A stretch of 64,000 bases of DNA from Eledone cirrhosa (lineage: Eukaryota), in assembly GCA_964016885.1 (NCBI GenBank), contig OZ024740.1, forward strand, positions 96,410,001 to 96,474,000. The letters run 5' to 3'. Position 1 is the stretch's first letter. Each line of letters begins with the position of its first letter. Positions 27,795-40,445 of the stretch are shown piece after piece. Under the pieces are notes generated by a model. The model did not search any database, was not told the DNA's origin, and worked only from the letters and a program-made list of their open reading frames with translations. A program made the translations under genes and the position numbers.

Positions 27795-29640
27795 CCATAT
27801 TTATGTTGAGTAGGGAAAGAGGTGTCAAGACTTTTAAGAATAATTTTGCGATTGTTGCTTTAACTGCGACAGAAGCAGGGGGTGGGGGGCAAACCATATG
27901 ACTGGTTTAGTTCTAGTTCTTATCCTCGATTTATTTGGCGTATGGGTGTTTGAATTGTTATTATTTTTATTAAGATTAATACTTATTCTATGTTATTCGT
28001 ATATAACGCGTTTTGATCGAATATATGTTTATTGGCTGATATTTAATTAATTCGTTTTTGGACACTATTTATAGGTTTAGGGTGATTGGAATGGTTACTA
28101 ACATAGTTTATGTTTTCATTGGGCTTATGAAGTTAAAGGTAACGTCTAGGAAATTAATTATTTTGGTACCATTTTCTACTTCTAATTTAAGGTCATACAT
28201 TTTAAAGAATTCTATTATACTTTTCTTTACTCTATTTAGTTGTATATTGTTGTGTTTGACTACCGTTAATAAAATGTCGTCCCTACATAAACCACCGGTG
28301 ATCTCCGGCAGTTTTCTACTTATCATATTTAATATGAAAATTCCCAGAAGATCTGTGATTTGCGCAGAATCGGATGCCCCCATAGTGATATCAAAGTGTT
28401 TAACTCTATCTGAGTGGGTTCAATATTCGTTGTTGAAGTCAATAAAAGTTCTTCTGGCTGTTAATATTATATATATTTCATCCGTGGTTATATGAGTATG
28501 TTTATAAGCATATGAAAGAGCCTTTATTTAGAAGGTTAGGTGTTATGGAAGATAGTAGCTAGTAATGTCCACCTGGATGAATTTATGGTTTTTCTTATGT
28601 TCTATATGTTTGTACCATTCTATGCCTTCCTTTGTATCTTTCCATAAGCTCAACTTAGATCTCAATTTGAGAGTGGGTAATATTCTATCTATTATGTTTT
28701 TTACTGATTACTCCAATATCAGATTTCGATGGGGCAATCAGTCTAACTGGCATCTCTTCCTCAAAGTTTCTTTTATGATCCTTCAAGCTCTCAGCTGCCT
28801 AGGTAAGAATGGCTCAGTTCTTCCTTCTATTCCTAAATTGGTAATTACTTTGTAGGATTCTTCATTTATTTCAGTAAGATCCTCAGCCGGGACTTTTTTG
28901 TAATTTTCCCAACTTCCTTTAAAATCAAGTTGTAATATTCATCTTTGCTTATTCCATATAAATTATTAGTTTTGTCCGATTTAACCAATACTTCGTTAAT
29001 ATTTTTTTATTTCAGTGATTTTTCCTTTTAGACTTCTAAGGTATTGGTGGCCTATATATGGGTTTTTCCTAAATTTAATTTTTTTCATTATACCGAGCAT
29101 TTCAGCTTCAAAAACCTCCAGAAGTTTCTTGATTTAAATAAAGATTCAAAATGATTGTTGTTGGTTTTTTCTTTTCGCATCTTTATTTTCGAAATGAAAG
29201 GCTCTCCATCTCAATCTCCTAATAAAAGAGTTTGTCTGTTCAATAGTTTACTCATGTATTCTTCATTTGAAGGTAGGGGTATATCTTTGAGGGAAGTCGG
29301 GAAGTTTAAGAAATCCATATTTATTGAATATGCAATATATTCTATAGAAAAGCGCTCAACCAGTTGGGAGCAATGTATATTGAACAGTTAAACAACATTC
29401 AATGAGTATATGAAAGAATGAGGTCTACAGTTGATTGTAAGCACTCTACGAGAAAATAATTTTCCGCAGTTATTAATATTAGAATATAAATATTAATAAA
29501 ATAGATGTTCTTTTGATCACTTACATTTTATTATACATATTTCTGATGTACAACAGTACGTCCTCATCAGACAAAATATAATGATACATGACATACCTTG
29601 AGATGTTAAATGGTTATGATTTAACCTAAGAGAAAATGTA
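27795..29640 (-). mobile_element. Degenerate Hydra-type PLE, 5' part with pLTR
   Basis: ATG at 29318 gives MDFLNFPTSLKDIPLPS; also [36 protein letters not shown]; many disruptions. Confidence 0.85.
29525..29577 (-). ncRNA. Type I hammerhead upstream of PLE ORF (related to family H)
   Basis: ATTTTGT-CTGATGA-GGACGTAC TGTT GTACATCA-GAAA-TATGTA-TA^ATAAAAT. Confidence 0.75.
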
Positions 29641-29714
29641 ACATGTATACCCTAATAATGAGAAAATGCGAAAACGTAATAAATTCAATAGAGAATGTGT
29701 GAGTAAGAAAAACT

Positions 29715-30016
29715 TTGCTTCATTCTCGAACTCAAAGAGGAAATCATCTACGTCTTTATCACAGCTCATATGGTCATTAAAAGAGAAAAATTTAAAATAC
29801 TCCATTCTTTGGACAAAACTTCGGAACTGTGGAGTTTACCACAACTCTAGTATATCAAATAACTGCGCACTCTGTACAATGGAGATCCTGTTGATTATTA
29901 ATAACTACGAGACCCTAATTAACATGAAAAGTGAATTATTCTCCAGTTGCCTACATAAAGCTACGTCCACATTCTTAGCCTCCCACAAAACGAGAAAAAA
30001 GAGAGAGAAACATTAA
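29715..30016 (+). pseudogene. C-terminal GIY-YIG fragment of a Hydra-type PLE
   Basis: SFSNSKRKSSTSLSQLIWSLK...CALCTME...INMKSELFSSCLHK, homologous to the ends of the 10168 and 17790 ORFs. Confidence 0.8.
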
Positions 30017-30117
30017 ACCATTAAAAACTTGGTTGTCAGACGTATAGAATCAACAGGGAAAAACGTTAGTGGCCTTTAATATTGCACTATCTTATAACTA
30101 TCAATAGAAGAAATAAC

Positions 30118-30303
30118 TGTTTCTACTTTAGGCACAAGGCCTGCAATTACCCAGTAAATTACTGGTACTTTATTTTATCGACCCCGTAAGTATGAAAGGC
30201 AAAGTTAACCTCGGCGGGATTTGAACTCAGACTGTAAAGGGACGTAACTATGCTAGAAAGCATGGCGTCCAACCCTCTACCGATACTGCCAATTCACCGC
30301 CCT
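30118..30303 (-). mobile_element. tRNA-derived SINE family S1, with 13-bp TSD
   Basis: On the minus strand: B box GAGTTCAAATCCC and core GCCTTTCAT..TACGGGGTCGATAAAATAAAGTACCAG. TSD TAGAAGAAATAAC at 30105 and 30304. Confidence 0.92.
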
Positions 30304-30680
30304 TAGAAGAAATAACGCTCGAATGAAAGACACATGTTCAATAACATGCCGGAACATTGATACACATAACATTATTTTGTCGATTTTGATCTATACCATT
30401 ATTTCTTTATCTCTCTATCCTTATCTACCTACTTAAGTTTTAAATCTGAGTTTTATATCCACCCCTTACATTGTTACTGAACTTATTTATAACTGTGAAT
30501 TTGTCATGCGTTTCTGATCTCTTATTTATAATGTGTATGTAATTATATTTTCTATGTTTTTAAATATACCTACCGCATTATATATATCCATGATTCAAAT
30601 ATAGAGCAAATATCCAAATTACAAATTATTATAAACAGTATTTTGAACTATGAATTATCCATGCATGTATTATTGATTTT

Positions 30681-30785
<105 letters not shown>

Positions 30786-31255
30786 TTAACTTTAACACGT
30801 AGAACTTTATTATATAAAATTATAACCGTTATCATTTACCTAAATTATACTGTATCACCTAATATAAGATATATCTATATATAACTCCCTGTATCTTCCT
30901 ATACATTATTTTCAGTTAACTTCTACATTTTTTTAATTGTTTTTACTTTGAGCTAGGAATAATTAATGCATTTACACACGGTTATATAAAAGTATATAAT
31001 TAATTTTAACATGCCTCAATATATTATATTTATTTTTATTTTATTTTATTTTCATTATCATTAAAATATACTGGCTTATTAATTAATATATATCTATATA
31101 CATAACCGTTATTTAAATTTTTCTAACAATAAGTACTTCAAAAGCTTGACATACCTAATACGTTGACAATGACTAAATTCATTAAAGATTACATTTAGGA
31201 AAATATTCAACAGTGTAAACTATCCTTAATAATGGCCAGCTAAATCCTACTTTAT

Positions 31256-32070
<815 letters not shown>

Positions 32071-32550
32071 CAGTGTTAAACAAAAGCCACCGATGGTTGC
32101 TGAACAATGTAGGGCTAATAATCCGGGCTGGTTGTTTCCAAGCAAACTGAGCATTCTAATAAATGTCCGGTAAACCCATACGTACATATATATATATATA
32201 TATATGCATGTACGTATGTATATACATACTACTGTACCTCTGTATACATATATGTATTTACTTATACATACTTATATTTAAGTATCATCCGTACTAAGAG
32301 TGAGAAATGAAATGTCATTGTTTTCTATTTACCGTTTTCAGTACGCCCAGCCGTCTAACTAGCTCGATATGCAAATTAGTCTGCTCAGCCGTTAATATAC
32401 ATAAGGAAATTATATAATTTCAAACGTTCAATCGTCTGGCAGGAAGGTATACATTGGTGATGACAGCTAATAATCTAGAAACTAGTTCATCATTCCTTTG
32501 TCAGTGTAGAAAAAAAGGGCAACGATGGTTGCCGAACTCTGTACGGCTAG
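32071..32550 (+). mobile_element. HHR tandem-unit family B (1.1 units, period 431 bp, no ORF)
   Basis: CAGTGT...CGATGGTTGC at 32071 and 32502; homologous but permuted relative to 34455-34877; degenerate HHR at 32453-32491. Confidence 0.75.
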
Positions 32551-32846
32551 TTCCTCATATGGGAAGATTGTAGTTGTCATAAGGTTTGATCAACATTTCT
32601 TGTAAACACAATTAAATCGTTCATGGCAGTGTCTGAGAGGTGGGGTGGCTGAACTTGCCTGTAGAACAATGAGGGACTGGGTCGAGCCAGTCAAGCGTTG
32701 AAAGTGAATTCTAGACAGCAAATTCTATGAGTGTGTATGAAATTAGGGTTGTTAAGAAACATTTTCATATTACCCACTCTACTACCATAAGTATTGAGTA
32801 CTCTGGTGCGTTATGATCTATCTGGTTCCTTACCAGACCTTCTTCG

Positions 32847-32881
<35 letters not shown>

Positions 32882-32995
32882 TAAGAGGAATTCCAACTTT
32901 GTCTGATTTACTCGTTTTATTTACAATCCTTTAAAATATATATAATGGTATTATAATGAAATAGTATGATAGAATATTAAATTCTAAGTGTTAAT

Positions 32996-33034
32996 TGAAC
33001 AAGTACTTTCATGCTTTCGCAATCTTCAGGTTCA
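32996..33034 (-). ncRNA. Minimal hammerhead (family N)
   Basis: TGAAC-CTGAAGA-TTGC GAAA GCAT-GAAA-GTAC-TT^GTTCA. Confidence 0.78.
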
Positions 33035-33883
33035 TGATATGTGGTGACAGTCGAGTTTGCAATTTTCAACTGTAATGAGATGGGTAAATTTCCTACCTTT
33101 TATACATTTTATACAGAGAAAAGTGGCTCCAGAATGCAAAGCCCTGTAAACTGTATTTCGACCAATCAGTGTGTAATTTCACTGAATTACTACAGCTGAT
33201 TGGTTTAAGAGTCACGGCTGGCTGAGCATGCTAACGACCAATAGTCATATCCAACGTATCAATTGTTTTGCTTTTTGAAATGATGAAAATAGCATTTTCT
33301 ATTAATCATCACCATCAACATCACTTTTATTATTATTATTATTATTATTGTTGTTGTTGTTGTTATTGGGCGTGGTTATAGTGGTAGTAGAAGTAATACC
33401 CCTAGGCGTTATTATTGTTCATTTACACAGCCCAAGTGAAATCAATAGAAAAATCAAAGAAAAGAATTTTATTGATAAATTCAAACCCAAGCTAAATGAA
33501 CAATAATAACGCCTAGGGGTATTACTTCTACTACCACTATGACCACGACCACTAACAACAACAACAACAACAATAATAATAATAATATTAAAATTGATGT
33601 TGATGGTGATGATTAATAGAAAATGCTATTTTCATCATTTCAAAAAGCAAAACAATTGATACGTTGGATATGACTATTGGTCGTTAGCATGCTCAACCAG
33701 CCGTGACTCTTAAACCAATCAGCTGTAGTAATTCAGTGAAACTACACACTGATTGGTCGAAATACAGTTTACAGGGCTTTGCATTCTCGAGCCACTTTTC
33801 TCTGTATAAAATGTATAAAAGGTAGGAAATTTACCCATCTCATTACAGTTGAAAATTGCAAACTCGACTGTCACCACATATCA

Positions 33884-33922
33884 TGAACCTGAAGATTGCG
33901 AAAGCATGAAAGTACTTGTTCA
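33884..33922 (+). ncRNA. Minimal hammerhead (family N)
   Basis: Same motif on the + strand; palindromic AAGTACTT stem III. Confidence 0.78.
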
Positions 33923-34090
33923 ATTAACACTTAGAATTTAATATTCTATCATATTATTTCATTATAATACCATTATATATATTTTAAAGGATTGTAAATA
34001 AAACGAGTAAATCAGATAAAGTTGGAATTCCTCTTATTAATATAATCTTAAATACACAACCATACACACCCGTGTATATTTACCTATCTA

Positions 34091-34193
<103 letters not shown>

Positions 34194-34412
34194 AGGAAGT
34201 TATAGTTCACTTGAAACATTGTGTAATGAGGTATAAACGTTTGTATACGTATAATAAAGCCAAAACAATGCAGGTATGGACATACAATAAAGAATGCAAA
34301 TGCAAAAGATATTGTTGACAATTAGTCTTTTAGCTTAGATTTGTTTAAATGTCCTTAATTTTCGAGATAATATCTCTTCTTCGGAGGGAAGTAAAGCGGT
34401 TAAACCAGTGTT

Positions 34413-34877
34413 CTAAATAGCTTGCCAAGAAACTTGAGTTGGCAAGCTATTTAGATATGCAAATTAGGCTGCTCAGCCATTAATATGCTTAAGGAAAATA
34501 TATACTGTTAGACGTTCAACCAACTGGCAGGAAGGTTTACGTTGCTGACGATAACTAATAAGCTTTAAACTAGTACAGCGTTCCTTTGTCAGTGTTGAAC
34601 AAATGAGCAACAATGGTTGCTAGACACTGTACGGCTTAATTTGGGATGTTTGTTTACAAAAATCCCGAATTAAGCCGTACAAACACACCGATCATTATAA
34701 TAAATGTTCGGTGAATCCATACGTACATACACATATATGTGTGCATGTATGTATATATATATATACATACTACTGTACGTCTGTATACATATATGTATGT
34801 ACATATACATACTTATATTTAAGTAGCAGCCGTACTAAGAGTGAGAAATGAAATTTCGTTTCATTTTTTCCGTTTAT
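34413..34877 (+). mobile_element. HHR family B, copy 2 (permuted monomer with junction hairpins)
   Basis: Homologous to 32366-32550 followed by 32120-32335. Fold-backs at 34413-34454 and 34628-34681. HHR at 34541-34579: GTTG-CTGACGA-TAACTAATAAGCTT-TAAA-CTAG-TA^CAGC. Confidence 0.75.
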
Positions 34878-35084
34878 ATATATATATATATAGAGAGAGA
34901 GAGATAATTTAGTATATCTACTAACATATGCGTGCAGATGTACGCTAATGCCAGCAAATACACAGGTTATGTCATAGTACCTAGGTGGTTCAATGCAGGA
35001 GGATGCAGAACAATAATATAAAAGACGTAAAATAAGAACATTTAAAAAAAAATTAAAAAAATTAACTTACTTACTAAAATTTCA

Positions 35085-35163
35085 CTGCAACTAATTAGTT
35101 TCTGCAATGGGATAAATACAGTTACGTAATAAACTGTTGAGAATTCATTGCGTCATCAGGGAG
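35085..35163 (-). ncRNA. Type I hammerhead with extended stem II (family A1)
   Basis: CTCC-CTGATGA-CGCAATG...ACAGTT TATTACGT AACTGT...CATTGCA-GAAA-CTAATTAG-TT^GCAG. Confidence 0.8.
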
Positions 35164-36162
35164 GTCTATTCTCAGCTAAGTCTCCAGGCAATGCGCGGAC
35201 ACTGGGGACTCATATAAAAATAATAATAATTCGGTAAATAGAACAGCTAGCGGGGACTGGATTCCATGCACTGAAAATCTCGCTGTCACTGGTCAAATGG
35301 CCGATTCTAAAGAATCAATCACGTGACACTGAGGCTAGTCAGTAGGAGTGGGATGGTAAGATGACAGAAGCCTACTAACACACCAACAAATTAGTAGTGG
35401 TTTTGGCAGGTTTGCTCGACAAACAAGTGATTTGGAGATAAATATAGATAATTTAGTATATCTACTAACATATGCGTGCAGATGTACGCTAATGCCAGCA
35501 AATACACAGGTTATGTCATAGTACCTAGGTGGTTCAATGCAGGAGGATGCAGAACAATAATATAAAAGACGTAAAATAAGAAAATTTAAAAAAAAATTTA
35601 AAAAATTAACTTACTTACTAAAATTTCACTCCAACTAATTAGTTTCTGCAATGGGATAAAGACAGTTACGTAATAAACTGTTTAGAATTCATTGCGTCAT
35701 CATTTTAGTAAGTAAGTTAATTTTTTAAAATGTTTTTAAAATTTTCTTATTTTACGTCTTTTATATTATTGTTCTGCATCCTCCTGCATTGAACCACTTA
35801 GGTACTATGACATAACCTGTGTATTTGCTGGCATTAGCGTATATCTGCACGCATATGTTAGTAGATATACTAAATTATCTATATTTATCTCCAAATCACT
35901 TGTTTGTCGAGCAAAACTGCCAAAACCACTACTAATTTGTTGGTGTGTTAGTAGGCTTATGTCATCTTACCATCTCACTCCTACCGACTAGCCTTAGTGT
36001 CACGTGATTAATTCTTTAGAATCGGCCATTTGACCAGTGACAGCGAGATTTTCAGTGCATGGAATCCAGTCCCCGCTAGCTGTTCCATTTACCGAATTAT
36101 TATTATTTTTATATGAGTCCCCAGTGTCCGGGCATTGCCTGGAGACTTAGCTGAGAATAGAC

Positions 36163-36241
36163 CTCCCCGATGACGCAATGAATTCTCAACAGTTTATTAC
36201 GTAACTGTCTTTATCCCATTGCAGAAACTAATTAGTTGGAG
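36163..36241 (+). ncRNA. Family A1 hammerhead copy with core mutation (CCGATGA)
   Basis: Stems intact (CTCC/GGAG, GCAATG/CATTGC, AACTAATTAGTT) but U4 is changed to C. Confidence 0.7.
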
Positions 36242-36309
36242 TGAAATTTTAGTAAGTAAGTTAATTTTTTAAAATTTTTCTAAAATTTTCTTATTTTACG
36301 TCTTTTATA

Positions 36310-36392
<83 letters not shown>

Positions 36393-36674
36393 TGAGTATT
36401 CCTAGTGACATCAACATGAATGGATGTTATTTTTCGATTCTGCCCTGCACGTCCTCTCAATCTTTCTTACTTCTCATTCTTTCCACTCATGAAGGAGCAG
36501 CGTCCGAAAGTTGAAGACACTCTTGCTGCTATTTCAAGCGTTAAACACATATATTCCTTCCATATATTGTGCCGATTGTTTGTTAATTATGGGTACCCTT
36601 TACACCCCTCTCCCCCGCACACCCACACACATGCACATACATACACCATCGCGCCCGCAACAAACACGCACACA

Positions 36675-36715
<41 letters not shown>

Positions 36716-36733
36716 ACACATACACACACAAAC

Positions 36734-36769
<36 letters not shown>

Positions 36770-38514
36770 ACACACATGCACACACACACACACATACACG
36801 CGCACACACACACACACATACATATATTTGCGGAACAGGAAGCCTATGAAATAGAATGGAATTATATCTAATATGTTTTTATGCTGTGGAAATGAGTTGT
36901 GTGTGCGATGCATAACATGTTTTGGTCCCATATATTAAAAAGCACAATTCTTTTACAGTCTCACGATATGTTACAAAGATAAAATTGCATATGTCATTCA
37001 TTCACTGATAATGGGTGCAGTAAAACCAAAAATAGCCACCTTATATTTGCAGACCTTTGATTCATGGAAATTAAAATCTAAAATTCATAAGGGCGTCTAT
37101 AATTTTGCAAACATCATGTGGAACATATTAAATATTAAGAATCGTGTAAATATATAAGGCGTAAGGGAATTAAGGTAATTTGAATTATGTTTAGTAATAG
37201 CAATCTTTATAATTTCAATGACATGTGGTGATACCCAAATCCATCAAATTCGAGATATCTAAAATCACTGCGAATGGTCTTATAGTAGTTATTTCTTCTG
37301 TGGATTAACTTAGAAGGTTAGGATTAGGAGAAAATGATAAATTATGAGAATAACTGAATAAGATTTGAGTGAAAACTGACGTTATCTTGATATTAATTTA
37401 ATATACGAGAAGCTTAGCATGATAGAGATTGTTTCAACGTATAATAAAGTAGGATAATTCTATAAGGGTTAGCGTTACATTGAACATATTAAAACGTATT
37501 TGAAAAACGTAACGTAATACTTATGGGATTTAACAATATTTATCACGAACTTATTTTCAGCTAGAATTTCATGTTCTCTTGTTATCTTTCCTCTGTAATC
37601 TTTCGTCTTCCTTCCAGCTCGCCATAGCTAAACTGATCTCTCATTTAGTTTACCCCTGAACCTTCACGTATGTAACACTATCATGAATTACGTTCTACTA
37701 CAAAGTCTACATAACACACCAGACATGTAAACGCATTATATATAAATAGATATACAACATTCAGAGCTAAAATAACATGATACATGTCATGACACACCTT
37801 GACCAGACTCCCGTTTTATTTTTGTTTATGACGTCAAAACGAGTAACCTCAACATTCATATAACGTACCCTACATCTTTGTGTACCAGGCGATAGGGTGG
37901 AGAATACACTGCTCAAAGGACAGCGAGGGAGAAGTACACCAAGTTGCACCGGCCGCAAGCCATCTGCTTTCCAATAGCAGTGTGTAGGGATATAGTGCGG
38001 GAGCCAAATATAAAGAAAGTCTCCAATGCTACACGCTTTAACACAAACCTATTGAGAGCCGCTTACACTTATATTGTTCGCACTCTCTGCCTTGGCGGGC
38101 TGCAACTAGAGTAGATGTCACAGCATATGAAATGGAAATGTTAAAAATAACCCATACAAAACAATGTAAGATTGAACCATATATAAATATCGACGAGTAA
38201 TGCAAAATATTCGGAACGTATATCTAAATGGCTCTCCAAAAAATTCCCTGTATTTTATTTCATCATAATTTCCCACTTTCCAAACTTAATCGCGAAATAT
38301 ATAGAATGTCTGTTTAGCATACATTATGCATAATTCGGCAATTAATGAAGCACATTAATAAACCTATTTCATGAACATTTCGGTTTTCATAGATATATAT
38401 TATTTCTTGAAAAATGCATATTTTTGTATATTAAATATGTGTGTACATATTTCTAATCTTTTTGCTATATATTCATGTATATGATATAATGTCTTTTATG
38501 CATTTATCCACACA

Positions 38515-38595
<81 letters not shown>

Positions 38596-38680
38596 TCTCT
38601 CACTGTCCATATATATGTATGAGTCTGAGTGAGTGCTTGTGTATTAAGTGTCGATTATCTATCATTATCTATTTTAGAAG

Positions 38681-38864
38681 GGCGGTGGATTGGCAGTATC
38701 GGTAGAGGGTCGGAAGCCATGCTTTCCAGCATAGTCACGTCCCTTTACGATTTGAGTTCAAATCCCGCCGAGGTTGACTTTGCCTTTCATCTTTACGGGG
38801 TCGATAAAATAAAGTACCAGTAATGCATTGGGTAATTGCTGGACTTGTGCCTAAAGTAGAAACA
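38681..38864 (+). mobile_element. tRNA-derived SINE family S1, with 17-bp TSD
   Basis: A box TGGCAGTATCGG, B box GAGTTCAAATCCC; TSD ATTATCTATTTTAGAAG at 38664 and 38865. Confidence 0.93.
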
Positions 38865-39857
38865 ATTATCTATTTTAGAAGTTTTAAATTTTCATCGGTA
38901 CATTTAAAAAAATGTGAACGACATTTTGCTGTTCTCTTTGTAAACGCTATTTATGTCAATTACGAACTATACAATTAATGAAATGAATATTCGATTTGCT
39001 TAATACGCAATCATCCGCGCCGATATTAATTCAATAATAAATATATATGCACAGCACAGCGCTTATAGAATTACTACGTTTAAATTTAATATTTATATAA
39101 AGACATGCTATTTTATACACATGTGTTACGCTTCTATTATACGATATATATTTGTCACGAAAATATCTCGCACAGAGTGAATGAGGCTAGCTCCTGGGCA
39201 ACGAAAATTATCCGGGAATCATATAATATAAATGAAAACAAGGCAGAACGAAAAATATTTTTTTAAGGAGACCTTAAATATAAAAACAAACGAAAGACTC
39301 AGAACTTCAGGATCATTGGCCATTGAGATTCAGTTTGACAGATTCGATCCCCATCAACGATACTGCAGATCGTCTGACAAGCCAAGGCATTGTCCAGCAG
39401 AGTAAGAGACGAGACAGACCAATTAAGCTATAGCAAATACATATAGCATTTTACGTGACGCCAGGTGAAAGGTATTGTGATTGTATGGCATGAACATTTC
39501 ATGGGTGAAATACAGGAATGAAGGAAGAAAAAAGGCAGGAAGAAATTAAGATATTGTCTACAAAAATGCGTCATTCCTTCAAATTACTGCAAGACTAAGA
39601 GATAGTACTTTCGTTACAAATTAATAATGATAATCTGAGGAAAATTAACAATGATAGAACAATACAACGAACGAAAACAAGGCATAATGGAAAATCTTTT
39701 TTTAAAGGGATTTCTTACAAAAATATTTTTATGAAAATAAAACTACAAACCAAAGACACACAACGCCGTGATGATGTACTTTGGCAGTTTCGAACCATAC
39801 CAACGGTAATGCTGGTCTACCAGGATACGCTAGCCAACACACGGTCCAATGGAGTAA

Positions 39858-40150
39858 GAGAAGAGGCAAAACAAAAGCTGTTACATGTCGGGCTTTAATA
39901 TTTTGTCCGTAGTGTGTGCTTTTTCTTTGAGAGTATCTGTTGTCTGTGTTCATGCGTTAGCAATTCTAACACATGCGCATACACTCAGTCACACAAACAT
40001 GCACACGCACCCATCCCACACTGTGTGTATGCGCGTGTGCTAGAATTGCTAACGCATGACCACCGACAACAGATACTCTCAAAGATAAAGCACACAATAC
40101 GGACAAAATATTAAAGCGCGACATGTAACAGGTGTTGTTTTGCCTCTTCT
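39858..40150. repeat. Inverted repeat with arms of about 130 bp (fold-back/MITE-like)
   Basis: AGAAGAGGCAAAAC...CATACACTCAGT versus ACTGTGTGTATG...GTTTTGCCTCTTCT, with a CA-rich spacer of about 30 bp. Confidence 0.92.
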
Positions 40151-40156
40151 ATTTTC

Positions 40157-40227
<71 letters not shown>

Positions 40228-40230
<3 letters not shown>

Positions 40231-40445
40231 GGCGTGTGGCTGAGTGGTTAGAGAATTGGATTCGCAGTCGTAAGGTTGTGAGTTCGATTCCTGGACCAGG
40301 CGATGCGTTATGTCCTTCAGCAATATTCTTTATTTCACGTTGCTCCTTCTACCTGGAATTGCGACCGATAGATAGTATTAGCAATTGGAAAGACCAACGA
40401 AAACATTGTTCCCTCGGTCCGATTTGACGAAAGTCAATCGTTTCA
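40228..40445 (+). mobile_element. tRNA-derived SINE family S2
   Basis: A box TGGCTGAGTGG, B box GAGTTCGATTCC, core TGTCCTTCAGCAATATTCTTTATTTCAC; second copy at 44463. Confidence 0.85.

Larger units (their letters stand above)
32878..34090. mobile_element. 1.2-kb fold-back of the Neptune-like PLE 3' end
   Basis: 32878-33425 is the reverse complement of about 33493-34041. The centre encodes LHSPSEINRKIKEKNFIDKFKPKLNEQ, the end of the 13546 ORF. Confidence 0.95.
34902..36310. mobile_element. HHR tandem-unit family A, subfamily 1: inverted pair of arrays, each longer than one unit (period 544 bp, no ORF)
   Basis: Minus arm 34902-35702 repeats at 34906 and 35450; plus arm 35703-36310 repeats at 35703 and 36247. 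Confidence 0.92.

Noticed and set aside
34345-34392. Hammerhead-like CCGAAGA-AGAGATA T TATCTC-GAAA on the minus strand
   Set aside because: Core mutated, stems I and III unconvincing, single copy.
40228-40310. Functional tRNA gene
   Set aside because: Continues into a SINE body shared with 44463-44650, and the cloverleaf is imperfect.
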